Origin: an uncultured delta proteobacterium
Lineage (GTDB): Bacteria > Desulfobacterota > BSN033 > UBA1163
NCBI GenBank assembly: GCA_963708295.1
Contig: CAVPSJ010000014.1
Location: 96,001-160,000 of the forward strand
Length of the DNA stretch: 64,000 nucleotides
Reading direction: 5' to 3'
The position numbers and the translations under genes were made by a program. Within the stretch, counting starts at the first letter, position 1. Each line of letters begins with the position of its first letter. Below are positions 1 to 9,659 of the stretch, one piece after another. The notes beneath the pieces are model-generated. The model saw only the letters and a list, made by a program, of their open reading frames with translations. It had not been told where the DNA came from and did not search any database.

Positions 1-443
1 GATGACCATGGACCCCCCGATCACCCGCCGCGTGGCCTCGATGACCAGAAGAATACCCAGGGTTGCGCAGGAGGTGTCGAGGAAATTGGGCATGCCGGTG
101 CGAAAGCTCAGTGCCTCCCACTCCACGAATACGTAGGCGCCCAGGAACAGGGAAAGGAGGATCGAGAAAAACATCCAGGAATGCAAGAGGTCGAAACTCG
201 TTGGCCACCTTGATCTCTTGAGATTCATCACTTTGCGTCTTGAAAGGGAACATCAGAAAGATAAGGACCAGAGCAAAGCAGAGATGGGTGGTGCGCTGCT
301 GAACGCCAGGAAGCGGTCGGACACCCGCTGCATAGATGTGGAATAGAGCCATGGCTACTGCAAAAATGAAGATGAGAATGCGGCGAAGGGTCCAAGGGGA
401 TCCCTTTTTTTGATGTGGAATTCGCTTCCTGGCCAGCTTTCAT
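1..443 (-). CDS. TRAP transporter fused 4TM/12TM permease (TAXI-associated), N-terminal part, runs off the window edge; frameshifted near the poly-T at ~405
   Basis: Minus-strand translation gives ILIFIFAVAMALFHIYAAG...QQRTTHLCFALVLIFL and LGILLVIEATRRVIGGSMVI, typical of fused TRAP permeases; lies downstream of TAXI receptors. Confidence 0.8.
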
Positions 444-541
444 GAGTTCACCTCGGTCTTTTTTTAGAGAAAACAGCCTCCGTCTTCACTCTTCGGTCGG
501 GCGTCCAACCAGACTCACACGGCCGAAGAGGAAGGATCCGT

Positions 542-610
542 TGTCATTCCCGGGTCTAGCGGGGATGTCGGAGTCATTCGACTTGGACTCCTGCTTTCGC
601 AGGAATGACA
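542..610. repeat. REP-like palindromic element (TGTCATTCC...GGAATGACA)
   Basis: Terminal inverted repeat tgtcattcc/ggaatgaca with internal hairpin cctgctttcgcagg; intergenic. Confidence 0.6.
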
Positions 611-710
611 AAAGCGGGACAACTCACTTCTTGTCCATCCCCGCTCCTGCCCACCGCGGGCAGGAGCGGGGAAACGTTCCTTCCCCATCAAAGGGGCAGA
701 AGATGCATTC

Positions 711-1682
711 CTATTTCCAGGCACCCATCTCTTTTAAATACTTTTCTGCGCCGGGATGGAAGGGAAGGGGATTGCCCTTCTTTGCATCCTGGAGGGTCAT
801 ATCCTTTGCCGCTGAGTGGATGCTGTAGTAATCGGCTTTGTGTTCAAAAAGGTTTTTCAGGAACTTGTAGACCAAATCCGTATCCACACTTGCATAGGTC
901 CACACCGAGGTTGAAAAGCCTATAATCGGTGTATCCTGCTCCAGACCCTTATAAGATTTTGCTTTCACCACATTCCGATAGTAGTAAGGGTATTCCTTAA
1001 CGATCTTCTCTGCGACTTTATCATCCACCGGCACGATCCGGACATTCTGATTCGTAGAAAGCTCGGTATACGCCGCGATGGGGTATCCTCCCACAACAAA
1101 ACCGCCGTCCAGACTTCCATCCTGAAGGCCCTGGACGATTTCATTGTAGACAAAAAAGTAGGGTTTGAAATCATTCTTGGTGATGCCGTGCTGTTCCAGC
1201 ATGAACAGGGCTGTGTTGGCACCCGTGCTCCCTGCCCCGCCGACGCCGATTCGCTTGCCTTTTGCATCGGCAAAGGATTTGATCGGAGAATTGGCTGGAA
1301 CCACAAAGTACTGGTCCGTGCCAAGACAATAGACGATGGCCCGGACGCTCTCAAAGGGTTTCCCTGCATATTCATTGTTCCCTTTATAGGCTTTCCAGGC
1401 ATCCACATTGCCAAAGATGCCAAAGGAGGGTTTCTTCGTGCCTTCCCTCTGCATCATCCTCCGGACAATGTCCATCGTTCCCGTGGTTGCTTCATGTACC
1501 AGAGTCGTTCCGGATATGTACTTATTGGTTACGCTGACCATGCCCGCTCCGAGGACATAGGCGCCTCCCCCCGCCGGAGGGGTATAGAAGGGGATGAGCT
1601 CAGCCGCTCTTACCGATGTTAGAGATAATAAAGCCAGACAACCGATGCCGATAACCAACACGATCAATCTTGTCCGTTTCAT
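711..1682 (-). CDS. TAXI family TRAP transporter solute-binding protein
   Basis: Signal peptide MKRTRLIVLV...VRA; GGGAY, EATTGT, GKRIGVGGAGS and LPFHPGAEKYLKE motifs. Confidence 0.9.
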   Translation of the reverse strand: MKRTRLIVLVIGIGCLALLSLTSVRAAELIPFYTPPAGGGAYVLGAGMVSVTNKYISGTTLVHEATTGTMDIVRRMMQREGTKKPSFGIFGNVDAWKAYKGNNEYAGKPFESVRAIVYCLGTDQYFVVPANSPIKSFADAKGKRIGVGGAGSTGANTALFMLEQHGITKNDFKPYFFVYNEIVQGLQDGSLDGGFVVGGYPIAAYTELSTNQNVRIVPVDDKVAEKIVKEYPYYYRNVVKAKSYKGLEQDTPIIGFSTSVWTYASVDTDLVYKFLKNLFEHKADYYSIHSAAKDMTLQDAKKGNPLPFHPGAEKYLKEMGAWK

Positions 1683-1829
1683 TTTCTCTGCCTCCTTTTT
1701 CAGATTTGTCTTCACCGTTGAAAAAAATGTGAGGACAGGCTCAGCGGGGATTCTGGAAGTGTTCCCAGCGGGTCTGTCTCATGTGATCCTGGGGTAATTA
1801 TTGACCCCACCGCAACGGGTGATGGTTCG

Positions 1830-2808
1830 TTACTTTTTCATCACCCCGATCTCTCTGAGGTACTTCTCTGCTCCTGGATGGAAAGGAACAGGAACTCCCT
1901 TCGTTGCATCCTCGGGGGTCAAGTCTTTTGCCGAAGAGTGGATGCTGTAGTATTCTGTCCTGTGGTCAAAGAGGTTCTTCAGAAATTTGTAAATGAAATC
2001 AGCGTCCACGGACGCCAGGGTAAAAACAGCCGTTGTGAATCCCATGATCAAGACATCCTGTTCCACGCCCTTGTATGACTTGGCCTTGACCACATTCCGG
2101 TAATAGTAGGGGTGCTCCGAGGTCGCCTTTTTCACGGTCTGTTCGTCGATCGGCACGATCCGAACATTGTGGGTGTTGGCAAGTTCTGTGTAGGAAGGGA
2201 GAGGATACCCTCCCGCGACGAACCCGCCATCAAGGCTTCCATCCTGGATTCCCTGGACGGTCTCACTATAGGTAAAGTAGTAAGGCTTAAAGTCCTTCTT
2301 GGCCACCCCATACTGTTCGAGCAGGAAATGGGCTGTGTTTGCAACCGTGCTCCCCGGGCCGCCCATGCCGATCCGCTTGCCCTTGACATCCGCATAGGAC
2401 TTGATTGAAGAGTTACCGGGGACCACGAGATAGAGATCGGTGCCGGTGGCATAGACGACCGCGCGTAAATTTGAGAATGGCTTTCCCGAATATTCATTCT
2501 TTCCCCTGCAAGGCATTCCACGCATCCACGGTGCCAAAGATGCCGAAGCAGTCCTTTTTCGTGCTGTCACGATACATCATGCGCCGGACGATGTCCATGG
2601 TTCCTGATGCCGCCTCGTGCACCAGGGTGACGCCGGGCAGGAACCGGTTGGTCACACTGACCATGCCCGCTCCGAGGACATAGGCGCCTCCGCCCGCCGG
2701 AGGCGTAATGAACGGGACAAGGTCCGCGGCCTGAACCGGCGTCAGAGAAAAGAGGGTGGTCAAGCTGCAAAGCCCAGCGACAAAGATGATCAATTTAACA
2801 CATTTCAT
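1830..2808 (-). CDS. TAXI family TRAP solute-binding protein, paralog 2 (frameshift ~2500)
   Basis: ORFs 2494..2898 and 1830..2570 join into a full-length paralog of 711..1682, ending VPFHPGAEKYLRE. Confidence 0.85.
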
Positions 2809-2890
2809 TTTTCTTCCTCCTTGCTTAGATTTTCTCCCAGCCCGTGCTGTCGTTCCGGCCTTTATGAGAGGGTCCTCTCTCACGCAAGCC

Positions 2891-3674
2891 CTATCCAAGA
2901 ATACTCGAAATTCCCCCTCGCCCCCTTCCTCTCTCCAGCGGGGAAAGGGGAAGGGTTTGAGTTGCAGAGGTGACTTTCTTCAACCCTCCTTGATTCTGAT
3001 AGATATGTTTCAGCATCAGCTCGTAAATCTTTTGAGAATTCTTTTCTCGAAAGGCCTTTAAAATCTTTTTGTGATACTGCCAGTGCATCCCTGGAGAGTT
3101 CCATTCTCATCGGCAAATTACCCTTGATTTCTAAATTCATCTCTTTGAGGACGTCGAAAATGGGATTCATCGTTGAGGCAATGACCGGGTTGTGAGTGGC
3201 CTCAGCAATGAGAGAATGAAACCGGATGTTCTGCTCCGGGGCTGGAGCATCGGCCTTCAGCACCGCCAAGGTTTCCTCAATATTCTGCTCTAATTTCAGA
3301 AACTCTTCGGGGGTGATCCGTTCAGCCGCTAGCCTGGCGATGTTCGGTTCCAATAGGATTCTCGCCTCGGTTATTTCATTGATGGAGGTTTTTTGAATTC
3401 TGAGGATGGAAGAGAGGGACTCGCTCATCGGTTTCGAATTGACTTCAGCCACGAAGACCCCGGAGCCCGGTTTGATCGCCAGCAACCCCGATGTCTCAAG
3501 ACTCTTGAGGGCCTCTCGGATGGAGATCCGGCTGGCCTGGAAGTGTTCGACCAGTTCCCGTTCGGGAGGAAGACGGTCCCCTGACTTCATCGAGCCGCTC
3601 AGAATGGTGTCTTTGATCTGGCGGGCGATCCGTTCAGAGATTTTTCCGGTTTTAACAGGCTGAAAGGGAATCAT
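2891..3674 (-). CDS. FadR/GntR family transcriptional regulator (frameshift ~3080)
   Basis: GDRLPPERELVEHFQASRISIREALKSLE wHTH plus FCD domain (EARILLE, FHSLIAEATHNP); C-terminus in ORF 2891..3088. Confidence 0.88.
2912..2956. repeat. REP-like purine/pyrimidine hairpin
   Basis: ccccctcgcccccttcctctctccagcggggaaaggggaaggg; related hairpins at 33075-33232, 36600-36723 and 52681-52728. Confidence 0.5.
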
Positions 3675-3745
3675 AAATTGGTATGACAGCTGTCCAATAA
3701 CAAACGGAAAATAATTTGTCAAGAAAAATAACAGAAAAATAAATA

Positions 3746-4306
3746 TCAAAAACTCCTTTGGCTCCATCCGCCGTCATCCGTCCGGAGAAAATGAAATGCA
3801 GCGATGACGATGGCATGGTCAATCTTTCCTGTCCGGATGAACTCCGGGATATCACCAAGGGGGATGAGCTCGACCTCGATGTCTTCGGTCTGGTCGGGAA
3901 CAAGGTCCGAGACCTTCCGGATATCTTGCGCCAAAAAGGTATAGCAGCGGTTATTAAAGATGGCCGGGTTAGGGTTGACGACTCCGATTTTCGTCAACCG
4001 GTCTGCCTGGTAACCTGTCTCTTCCAACAATTCCCGGGCGGCCGCTCTTTCAGGAGTATCTCCGGGATCAGCCAGTCCACCAGGTATCTCAAGGGTCACG
4101 GTTCTCGAACCATGACGGTATTGCCTCACCATGACCACTCGATGATCAGGCGTCAGAGGGATGATGTTAACCCAATCTCTCGATTCAATGACATGAAAGT
4201 CATGCTCCTTCCCTGTCCGGGGAGAGATGGCCGTATCCGTTCGAACGGAAAAGACTCGGAAGAATCCTTCGGGTCGAGATCGAACGCATGGCCACGGCTT
4301 GATCAT
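3746..4306 (-). CDS. NUDIX hydrolase (ADP-ribose pyrophosphatase-like)
   Basis: Nudix box GGLADPGDTPERAAARELLEETGY; VRQYRH; EDIEV. Confidence 0.9.
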   Translation of the reverse strand: MIKPWPCVRSRPEGFFRVFSVRTDTAISPRTGKEHDFHVIESRDWVNIIPLTPDHRVVMVRQYRHGSRTVTLEIPGGLADPGDTPERAAARELLEETGYQADRLTKIGVVNPNPAIFNNRCYTFLAQDIRKVSDLVPDQTEDIEVELIPLGDIPEFIRTGKIDHAIVIAAFHFLRTDDGGWSQRSF

Positions 4307-4449
4307 TGCTTCCTCCTCATAAGATAGTTCGCTCCAAAAGGTCCCGGGGATAGAAAATCATAGGACATCTCTTCTCGGCTTGGCAACCTTACGTTTGATT
4401 TTTTCCGTCCTTCTGGGATATAAAGGAAGGCAAGCCAGTCCATTTTAAT

Positions 4450-4556
4450 TACTAAAGAGCCCATAATTAAAAAGACATATTGTTCCAAAAATCTCCTCTG
4501 ACCCCTCTTTGCCAAAGAGGGGAAATTCCTCCCTTTTGAAAAGGGAGGGAAGGAGG
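4450..4556 (+). mobile_element. Short non-autonomous repeat (MITE/REP-like), copy 1
   Basis: tactaaagagcccataattaaaagacatat...aatctcctctgacccctctttgccaaagagggg...; aligns to the reverse complement of 12225-12360. Confidence 0.65.
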
Positions 4557-4610
4557 TCATTCATTTCACATTTGAACTTTGATATTTGAAATTGCGTCTA
4601 AGGAGGTTCT

Positions 4611-5705
4611 ATGGGCCATCTGACAGGAAAAGAAGAAATCTTAAAGCAGTTGCAAAAGAGACTCCACCAGAATCCGGTCGGGCTTCCTGAACACACCTCC
4701 GTCTACGAAATTTTGTCCATCCTCTTTTCACAGAAGGAGGCAGAGGTGGGAGCCAAGTTTCCCTTCGGCCTTGCGACCATCGAAGAGGTTCAGAAGGCGA
4801 CGGGAATCAACAGGGAGGAACTGGAAGCGATCTTAAAAGGGATGATGAGGAAGGGGCTGGTTGTCACTTCGGCAAAGATCGGTCAGGTTCGATACCTTCT
4901 CTCTCCCGGTTTGACCGGATTTTTTGAAATGACCTTTATGCGAACGGACGAATCTCTGCCGATGAAACGACTGGCAGAGCTCATGCACAGTTACAGGAAT
5001 ACGCCGGAATTTGTCCGGGAATTTTTTGCCCCCGGAACGACCAGGGGCCGAGCTTACATCTATGGCGGCGTCCTTCCAAAAGTGAAAAGCGAGGTCCTTC
5101 GATTCGATGAGGCAGAAGAACAGATTAAAGCGGCAGGACGGGGAAGCGTAGGAAGATGTTATTGCCGGCATGAGACATGGCATCTGGGTAAGAATTGCTC
5201 TGCCCCGATCGAGAATATCTGCATGAGTCTGGGCGTTGCCTCCGACTTCCTGGTGGAGCAGGGGTTTGCAAGGAGAGCCTCGGTGAGTGAGCTACTGGAT
5301 ACGCTTAAAAAGGCGGAGGAATATGGGCTGGTTCACGTCGGAGACAATGTCCAGGAACAGACCACCTTCGTTTGCAACTGCTGCGGCTGTTGCTGCGGGT
5401 TCCTGGAAGGGATCACTCACCACCATCTCAAGCATGCGGTCACCACCACGAATTATATTGCCAGACTGGATCGCGAAGAATGCAACGGATGTGAAGCGTG
5501 CGCGAATCATTGCCAGATCAAAGCGGTCAAGATGGAAGGGGACACCCCCGTCGTGGATGAAGAATTCTGCCTGGGATGCGGGGTCTGTGCCCACTTCTGT
5601 CCGAGCGGCGCGATGAAGCTGGTCGAGAGGGAAAAGAAGATCATCCCGCCGAAGACTTACAAAGATCTGATGGTCCGCCTTTTGAAAGAAAAAGGGCGAA
5701 TGTAA
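4611..5705 (+). CDS. 4Fe-4S dicluster (polyferredoxin-like) protein
   Basis: CYCR, CNCCGCCCG and two CxxCxxCxxxC motifs; RBS aggagg. Confidence 0.85.
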   Translation: MGHLTGKEEILKQLQKRLHQNPVGLPEHTSVYEILSILFSQKEAEVGAKFPFGLATIEEVQKATGINREELEAILKGMMRKGLVVTSAKIGQVRYLLSPGLTGFFEMTFMRTDESLPMKRLAELMHSYRNTPEFVREFFAPGTTRGRAYIYGGVLPKVKSEVLRFDEAEEQIKAAGRGSVGRCYCRHETWHLGKNCSAPIENICMSLGVASDFLVEQGFARRASVSELLDTLKKAEEYGLVHVGDNVQEQTTFVCNCCGCCCGFLEGITHHHLKHAVTTTNYIARLDREECNGCEACANHCQIKAVKMEGDTPVVDEEFCLGCGVCAHFCPSGAMKLVEREKKIIPPKTYKDLMVRLLKEKGRM

Positions 5706-5785
5706 CCGGAGCCGGTAATAGGTTGTGACCGAATCGCATCACCGGAAAGGATTTTAGGGCACCGAGCGTCGCCTCCGGATGCCCG

Positions 5786-6960
5786 TCAGGTTGACGCCAT
5801 CGCCCGGCGATTGCCGATCTTGCGCTCGCCGATCCCAGCACTCAATGGAATGATCAAAAGAAGCAGAGCGGAATAAACGACCGCACTCCAGCCGCCCAGC
5901 CTGTATGCAAACCCCGACCCTGTGATTCCGAGCCAGCCTCCCGTATAGTAAAAGAGCACATAGAGGGCGTTTGCGCGGCCTTGTCCTTTGGACAGCTTGC
6001 GGTTGAGAGATCCGACGGCAGCCGCATGAATCGTGAAAAAACCGGTGCAGATCCCAAAGAGCCCCAACACGACCGCAGCAATTGAAGGCACCAGGACAAG
6101 AACCAAGGATCCCCCTAAAATAACGGAGCCCCCGAGTAAGGTGTTACCGCTTCCAAAGCGGTTACTGATTCGACCGGCAGTAGGTCCCATAAAGATTCCC
6201 ACGACATAGACGAGGTAGACGAGAGTCGTCAGTTCTGTGGAGAAACGAAAAGGAGGGGCAGTCAGCCTGAAGGGTAAGTAATTGAAAATGGATGAGAATA
6301 TTGCAAAACTGCCGGCAGCACAGAGATAGAGGCGCAGGGTTTCCCAGCGCTTCAGCAGTTCAAAAAGACGGGTAGGTTTTTCTTGTTGTCCGACGGAGAC
6401 CGGAGTGCGGGGCAGCCCCGCAAGGCAGAGAGGGTTGCAATGAGGATAAGTATAGATGCGGATACGAAAGCATAGCGCCAGTGAAGCGGCGGGTGAATCC
6501 ACCCGCCGAGCAGCCGGCCGCCCATTCCGCCCAGCACCGTTGCAGATACATAGGAACCCATCAGCACGTTCAGCCTTTCCGCAGGGAGTGTCTTTGCCAA
6601 AAAGGCTGCGAGGCAGGTTGTCAAGGCAGGGATGAAGAGGCCCTGAACAAAGCGGGCCCCGATCAAAAGCCAGAGGTCTTTTGTCAGCGCACAGGCGAAA
6701 CCGCCGAGAGCCACAAACAGGCCTCCGGTAGGGATGATCGGGTGAATCGGCAGCCTGTCCGCCAGGAAGCCAAAGGGCAGATTGGACAAAGCCATCCCGA
6801 GGATGACCGCAGAGACGGTAAAAGAAACCAGCACCATGTCGGCGGCGAAGTCCTGTCGGAGTACCGGCAACACCGGTTGGGTGATGTAGATGTTTGTAAA
6901 GGAGGCCGATACCAGGGCGAAGACAATCATCTGGAGGCGGAGATAGGAAGAGTCAGCCAT
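5786..6960 (-). CDS. MFS transporter (YnfM-like), copy 1 (frameshift ~6420)
   Basis: GFLADR motif, many TM segments, ANALYVLFYYTGG; ORFs 6352..6972 and 5786..6502 join; closely similar to 9660..10838. Confidence 0.88.
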
Positions 6961-7245
6961 TGTGACAGGCATAACAAAAATTCAGCACGATATCAATGCT
7001 CCCAGGGTTGCTGTGTATCTAACTCCTCTCCTCATTGACACGCCTCGCTTCAGGTACATCTATGCCGGACGTTAGTTTTTATGCTGCTACGATATCTCTC
7101 CCCCAAACCGAACCGTTCAGCCGATTAAAAGACCCTTTTTGAATAGGATGAACACGTCTGAAACCGCTCAAATACGGACACAACAAAATGGCATTCGTTA
7201 GGCGTGATTTACGGTTATCACCCAGGTTTCAGGTGAAATGATGTT

Positions 7246-7332
7246 CTAACTGCCTGCTCTTTCCTGTCTCCTTAGATAAGAAACAGAACTGAGCCCCGCA
7301 AGCAGCGCAAAGACAGTCATCCCCCATTCTGT
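7246..7332 (-). pseudogene. Orphan IPTL-CTERM-like sorting-signal remnant
   Basis: Translates TEWGMTVFALLAGLSSVSYLRRQERAGS*, matching the EWG-hydrophobic helix-basic tail pattern; no upstream gene body. Confidence 0.5.
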
Positions 7333-7526
7333 TTTTTTGTTGCTGGGGCCATGGACAATGACATGATCAAAAATGTTCCTTTATCTCTACGCTCAGTTTC
7401 CGTGCCGTTTTATATTTATCATATCAAGCTAGTTGTATATTTGTAAACCCGACCAATCCTGACTAAGGGCAAACGGTCAGCTGCTCTATTCATTTTTACT
7501 CCCATGCACGGGCCGCCCAAAAGGAA

Positions 7527-8330
7527 TCACTTAAAAACATTCGGTGCCTTACCGGTATGGCATTCATTACAGTTGTGCTGCGCCGGTGTTTCATACAACT
7601 CGAGAGGCAGCTTACTGGCTGGATTAAACCTGCCGTCCTTCCACTCATTGAGCAGCATCACAGTCCGCATTGCTACATCCGCACTCAGTCGGGCGCATCT
7701 TTCTTTTTGTTCGGGACTTCGTAATGCTTTGCCAGCGCTTTTTAACCATTTTCCAACGGAGATATGGCATAAAGGAGATTTGCTGATACTCTGTATCCGT
7801 ACTTCCGCCCTGGGTTTGTCCGGTTCGAAAACAGGCAATGGGGAATTACCATACCAGTGGAATAATTCATTGAGGATTTGCATTCCAACGCCGGTTGGAT
7901 TGAGGACTTGCTCTCCAACGCCGGTTGGTGGAACGATGAAGCCTGTTACAACGGTGGATCCCAGGAGAGCGCCGCATACTGTTCCCCACCCGGCTATTCC
8001 GGCTGACCCAAGTTTCAGCCCCTCATATAGGGGTTGGGAGATATACGGTTCTCCGATCTTTTTCTGAAGGGGGGCCATAACTCCGCGAGCAACGCCATAG
8101 CAACATAGAGCTTCATAGAAGCCCTCGTAGGCTATCTTTGCCGCTTCCTGTGGATCAATCTTTTCATAGGGCCACGGCAAAGGGGTTTCCCTCGCCTCCG
8201 CCCGTGATAATAAGCCGATGTCGGAGCCTGACAAGGCACTAATAGCAGCAGCGCTTGCCGCCAAAATACCCCCTCCCAAAACAACCTCTCTTCTTGAAAG
8301 CTTCTTTTCTTTATTCCCTTCTTTCTCCAT
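7527..8330 (-). CDS. Split-Soret cytochrome c-like (C-GCAxxG-C-C family) protein with Tat signal
   Basis: LSRRE twin-arginine leader; CCYGV, GWGTVCGAL, SPLCHISV, ERCARL motifs; C-terminal CNECH. Confidence 0.85.
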   Translation of the reverse strand: MEKEGNKEKKLSRREVVLGGGILAASAAAISALSGSDIGLLSRAEARETPLPWPYEKIDPQEAAKIAYEGFYEALCCYGVARGVMAPLQKKIGEPYISQPLYEGLKLGSAGIAGWGTVCGALLGSTVVTGFIVPPTGVGEQVLNPTGVGMQILNELFHWYGNSPLPVFEPDKPRAEVRIQSISKSPLCHISVGKWLKSAGKALRSPEQKERCARLSADVAMRTVMLLNEWKDGRFNPASKLPLELYETPAQHNCNECHTGKAPNVFK

Positions 8331-8579
8331 GCTAGCCTCCTATAGAATTGAAATCAAAGACTTACGGATAGATTGGATAGCTATCGTTCTATGATAGAAA
8401 GAACATCTCCTTTCACAATGTTCGATCGGTCCCAAGAGTTAGCCTCTCCCCATGTTCAGTGCGGGCTTCAATCGGATAGAGTATCCCTAGTCAAATGCAT
8501 CACATAGACCTCAGCCGCCTGAGCAGGATAAATACTGATGCCCGCCAATGCCGCTGGTACCCGTCTCTCCGCTCAAGGA

Positions 8580-8886
8580 CTAAGCCGTTTTGAGTTTGCC
8601 CTCTTTTTTCATTTTATCCATGAAAAAATTGACAGTTTTTTCAGAAATCTTGAGTTTGGCCGCAATCCCCGAAGGCCTTGAGAGACTTCTCCTTGGCCAA
8701 TAGCTCAAGGATTTCATCTTCAACGGTCCTTAACCATTCCTCAAAGAGACCGTTTATCTCTGCAGTAGCATCAGGGGTAACAGAAGACGACCTGACCTGA
8801 GTTTCATCGATGGCGCCCGCCATCCGTTGGGACATCTTCATTCACTTTTCCATCAGGGTGGCCATGAATCCTGCTTTTGCTTTCAT
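8580..8886 (-). CDS. Small winged-helix-like protein interrupted by an in-frame TGA (8842-8844) and a frameshift (~8675)
   Basis: MKAKAGFMATLMEK*MKMSQRM...ATAEINGLFEEWLRTVEDEILELL, then shifted PSGIAAKLKISEKTVNFFMDKMKKEGKL (HTH-like). Confidence 0.5.
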
Positions 8887-8887
8887 T

Positions 8888-9106
8888 TCATCCTCCCGTT
8901 CTCTTGAGCTGGGTAATCTGCTCTCTGAGCTCCCCAATCTCTCTCTTGAGATCTTCCGTATGATCGTATCTCCCCATGCCACAAAAGCTGCCTCTTCTAC
9001 GAAAGAATCCTGAGCAGGCGAAAATCATGATCATCATGAGCATAAAACCTACGACCGGGAAGATCCACCACCAACTCCACATATAAGGTCCCCATGTCCA
9101 ACACAT
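8888..9106 (-). CDS. Small Met/Cys/Trp-rich membrane protein
   Basis: One TM helix (WWWIFPVVGFMLMMIMIFAC) plus coiled-coil tail; RBS aggag; GTG start directly after the ArsR gene. Confidence 0.6.
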   Translation of the reverse strand: MCWTWGPYMWSWWWIFPVVGFMLMMIMIFACSGFFRRRGSFCGMGRYDHTEDLKREIGELREQITQLKRTGG

Positions 9107-9107
9107 C

Positions 9108-9461
9108 TTAGTCTCCTCCTTTCATCCACTTACGCATAAATTGCATCGGTGGGCAAGTAAATTGAACTACATCTTTCGTCCTCTTTGGAGAGACGCCGCA
9201 AAGCGAATTCAGCAAATCAATTAAGAAAGGGTCTGCAAGGCCGTAATAGATGAAAGCTCCTCTTCTCTCCGTCGACACAATGCCGCTCTCTCGCAACGGC
9301 CTGAGATGGAAAGACACAAGAGTTTGCGGAAGGGAAGTTTCATCCATGATCTCGGAAACGGACTTCATCTCTTTTCCTATGGCAAAGAGAATTTTGAGCC
9401 GGTTAGGGTCATTTAAGAGTCTGAAGAGTCTGGACAGCGACTCTAAAACTTTCTCATCCAT
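9108..9461 (-). CDS. ArsR/SmtB family transcriptional regulator
   Basis: FRLLNDPNRLKIL...SVSEI...QTLVSFHLRPLRESGIV..ERRG..IYY; Cys/Met-rich tail. Confidence 0.9.
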   Translation of the reverse strand: MDEKVLESLSRLFRLLNDPNRLKILFAIGKEMKSVSEIMDETSLPQTLVSFHLRPLRESGIVSTERRGAFIYYGLADPFLIDLLNSLCGVSPKRTKDVVQFTCPPMQFMRKWMKGGD

Positions 9462-9464
9462 GAC

Positions 9465-9526
9465 AATATGAGCGCTCTCTTATATGAGTCTACGCTCATA
9501 TTAAAACCTCGGGAACGTTTTGTCAA
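9465..9526 (-). promoter_or_regulatory. sigma70 promoter with tandem ArsR-type operators
   Basis: Minus strand TTGACA-17bp-TAATAT; palindrome ATATGAG-N6-CTCATAT (9482-9501) and an imperfect second copy (9466-9485). Confidence 0.7.
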
Positions 9527-9659
9527 GAAAAAAGTTTAAAAAAGTTTGAGTCCGAAGCATCCCCGTATGATCCTCTGAACAGAATTCTAACCCTGTGATC
9601 CGATCCGTCATTGGAATCCAAGGGATTTCGGGGGACCGAAAGGCGCCGAGAGCGGTGGG

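Noticed and set aside
7040-7205. Possible integron attC sites (GTTAGTT at ~7071, GTTAGGC at ~7197)
   Set aside because: No matching RYYYAAC inverse core with a convincing stem, no cassette array and no integrase.
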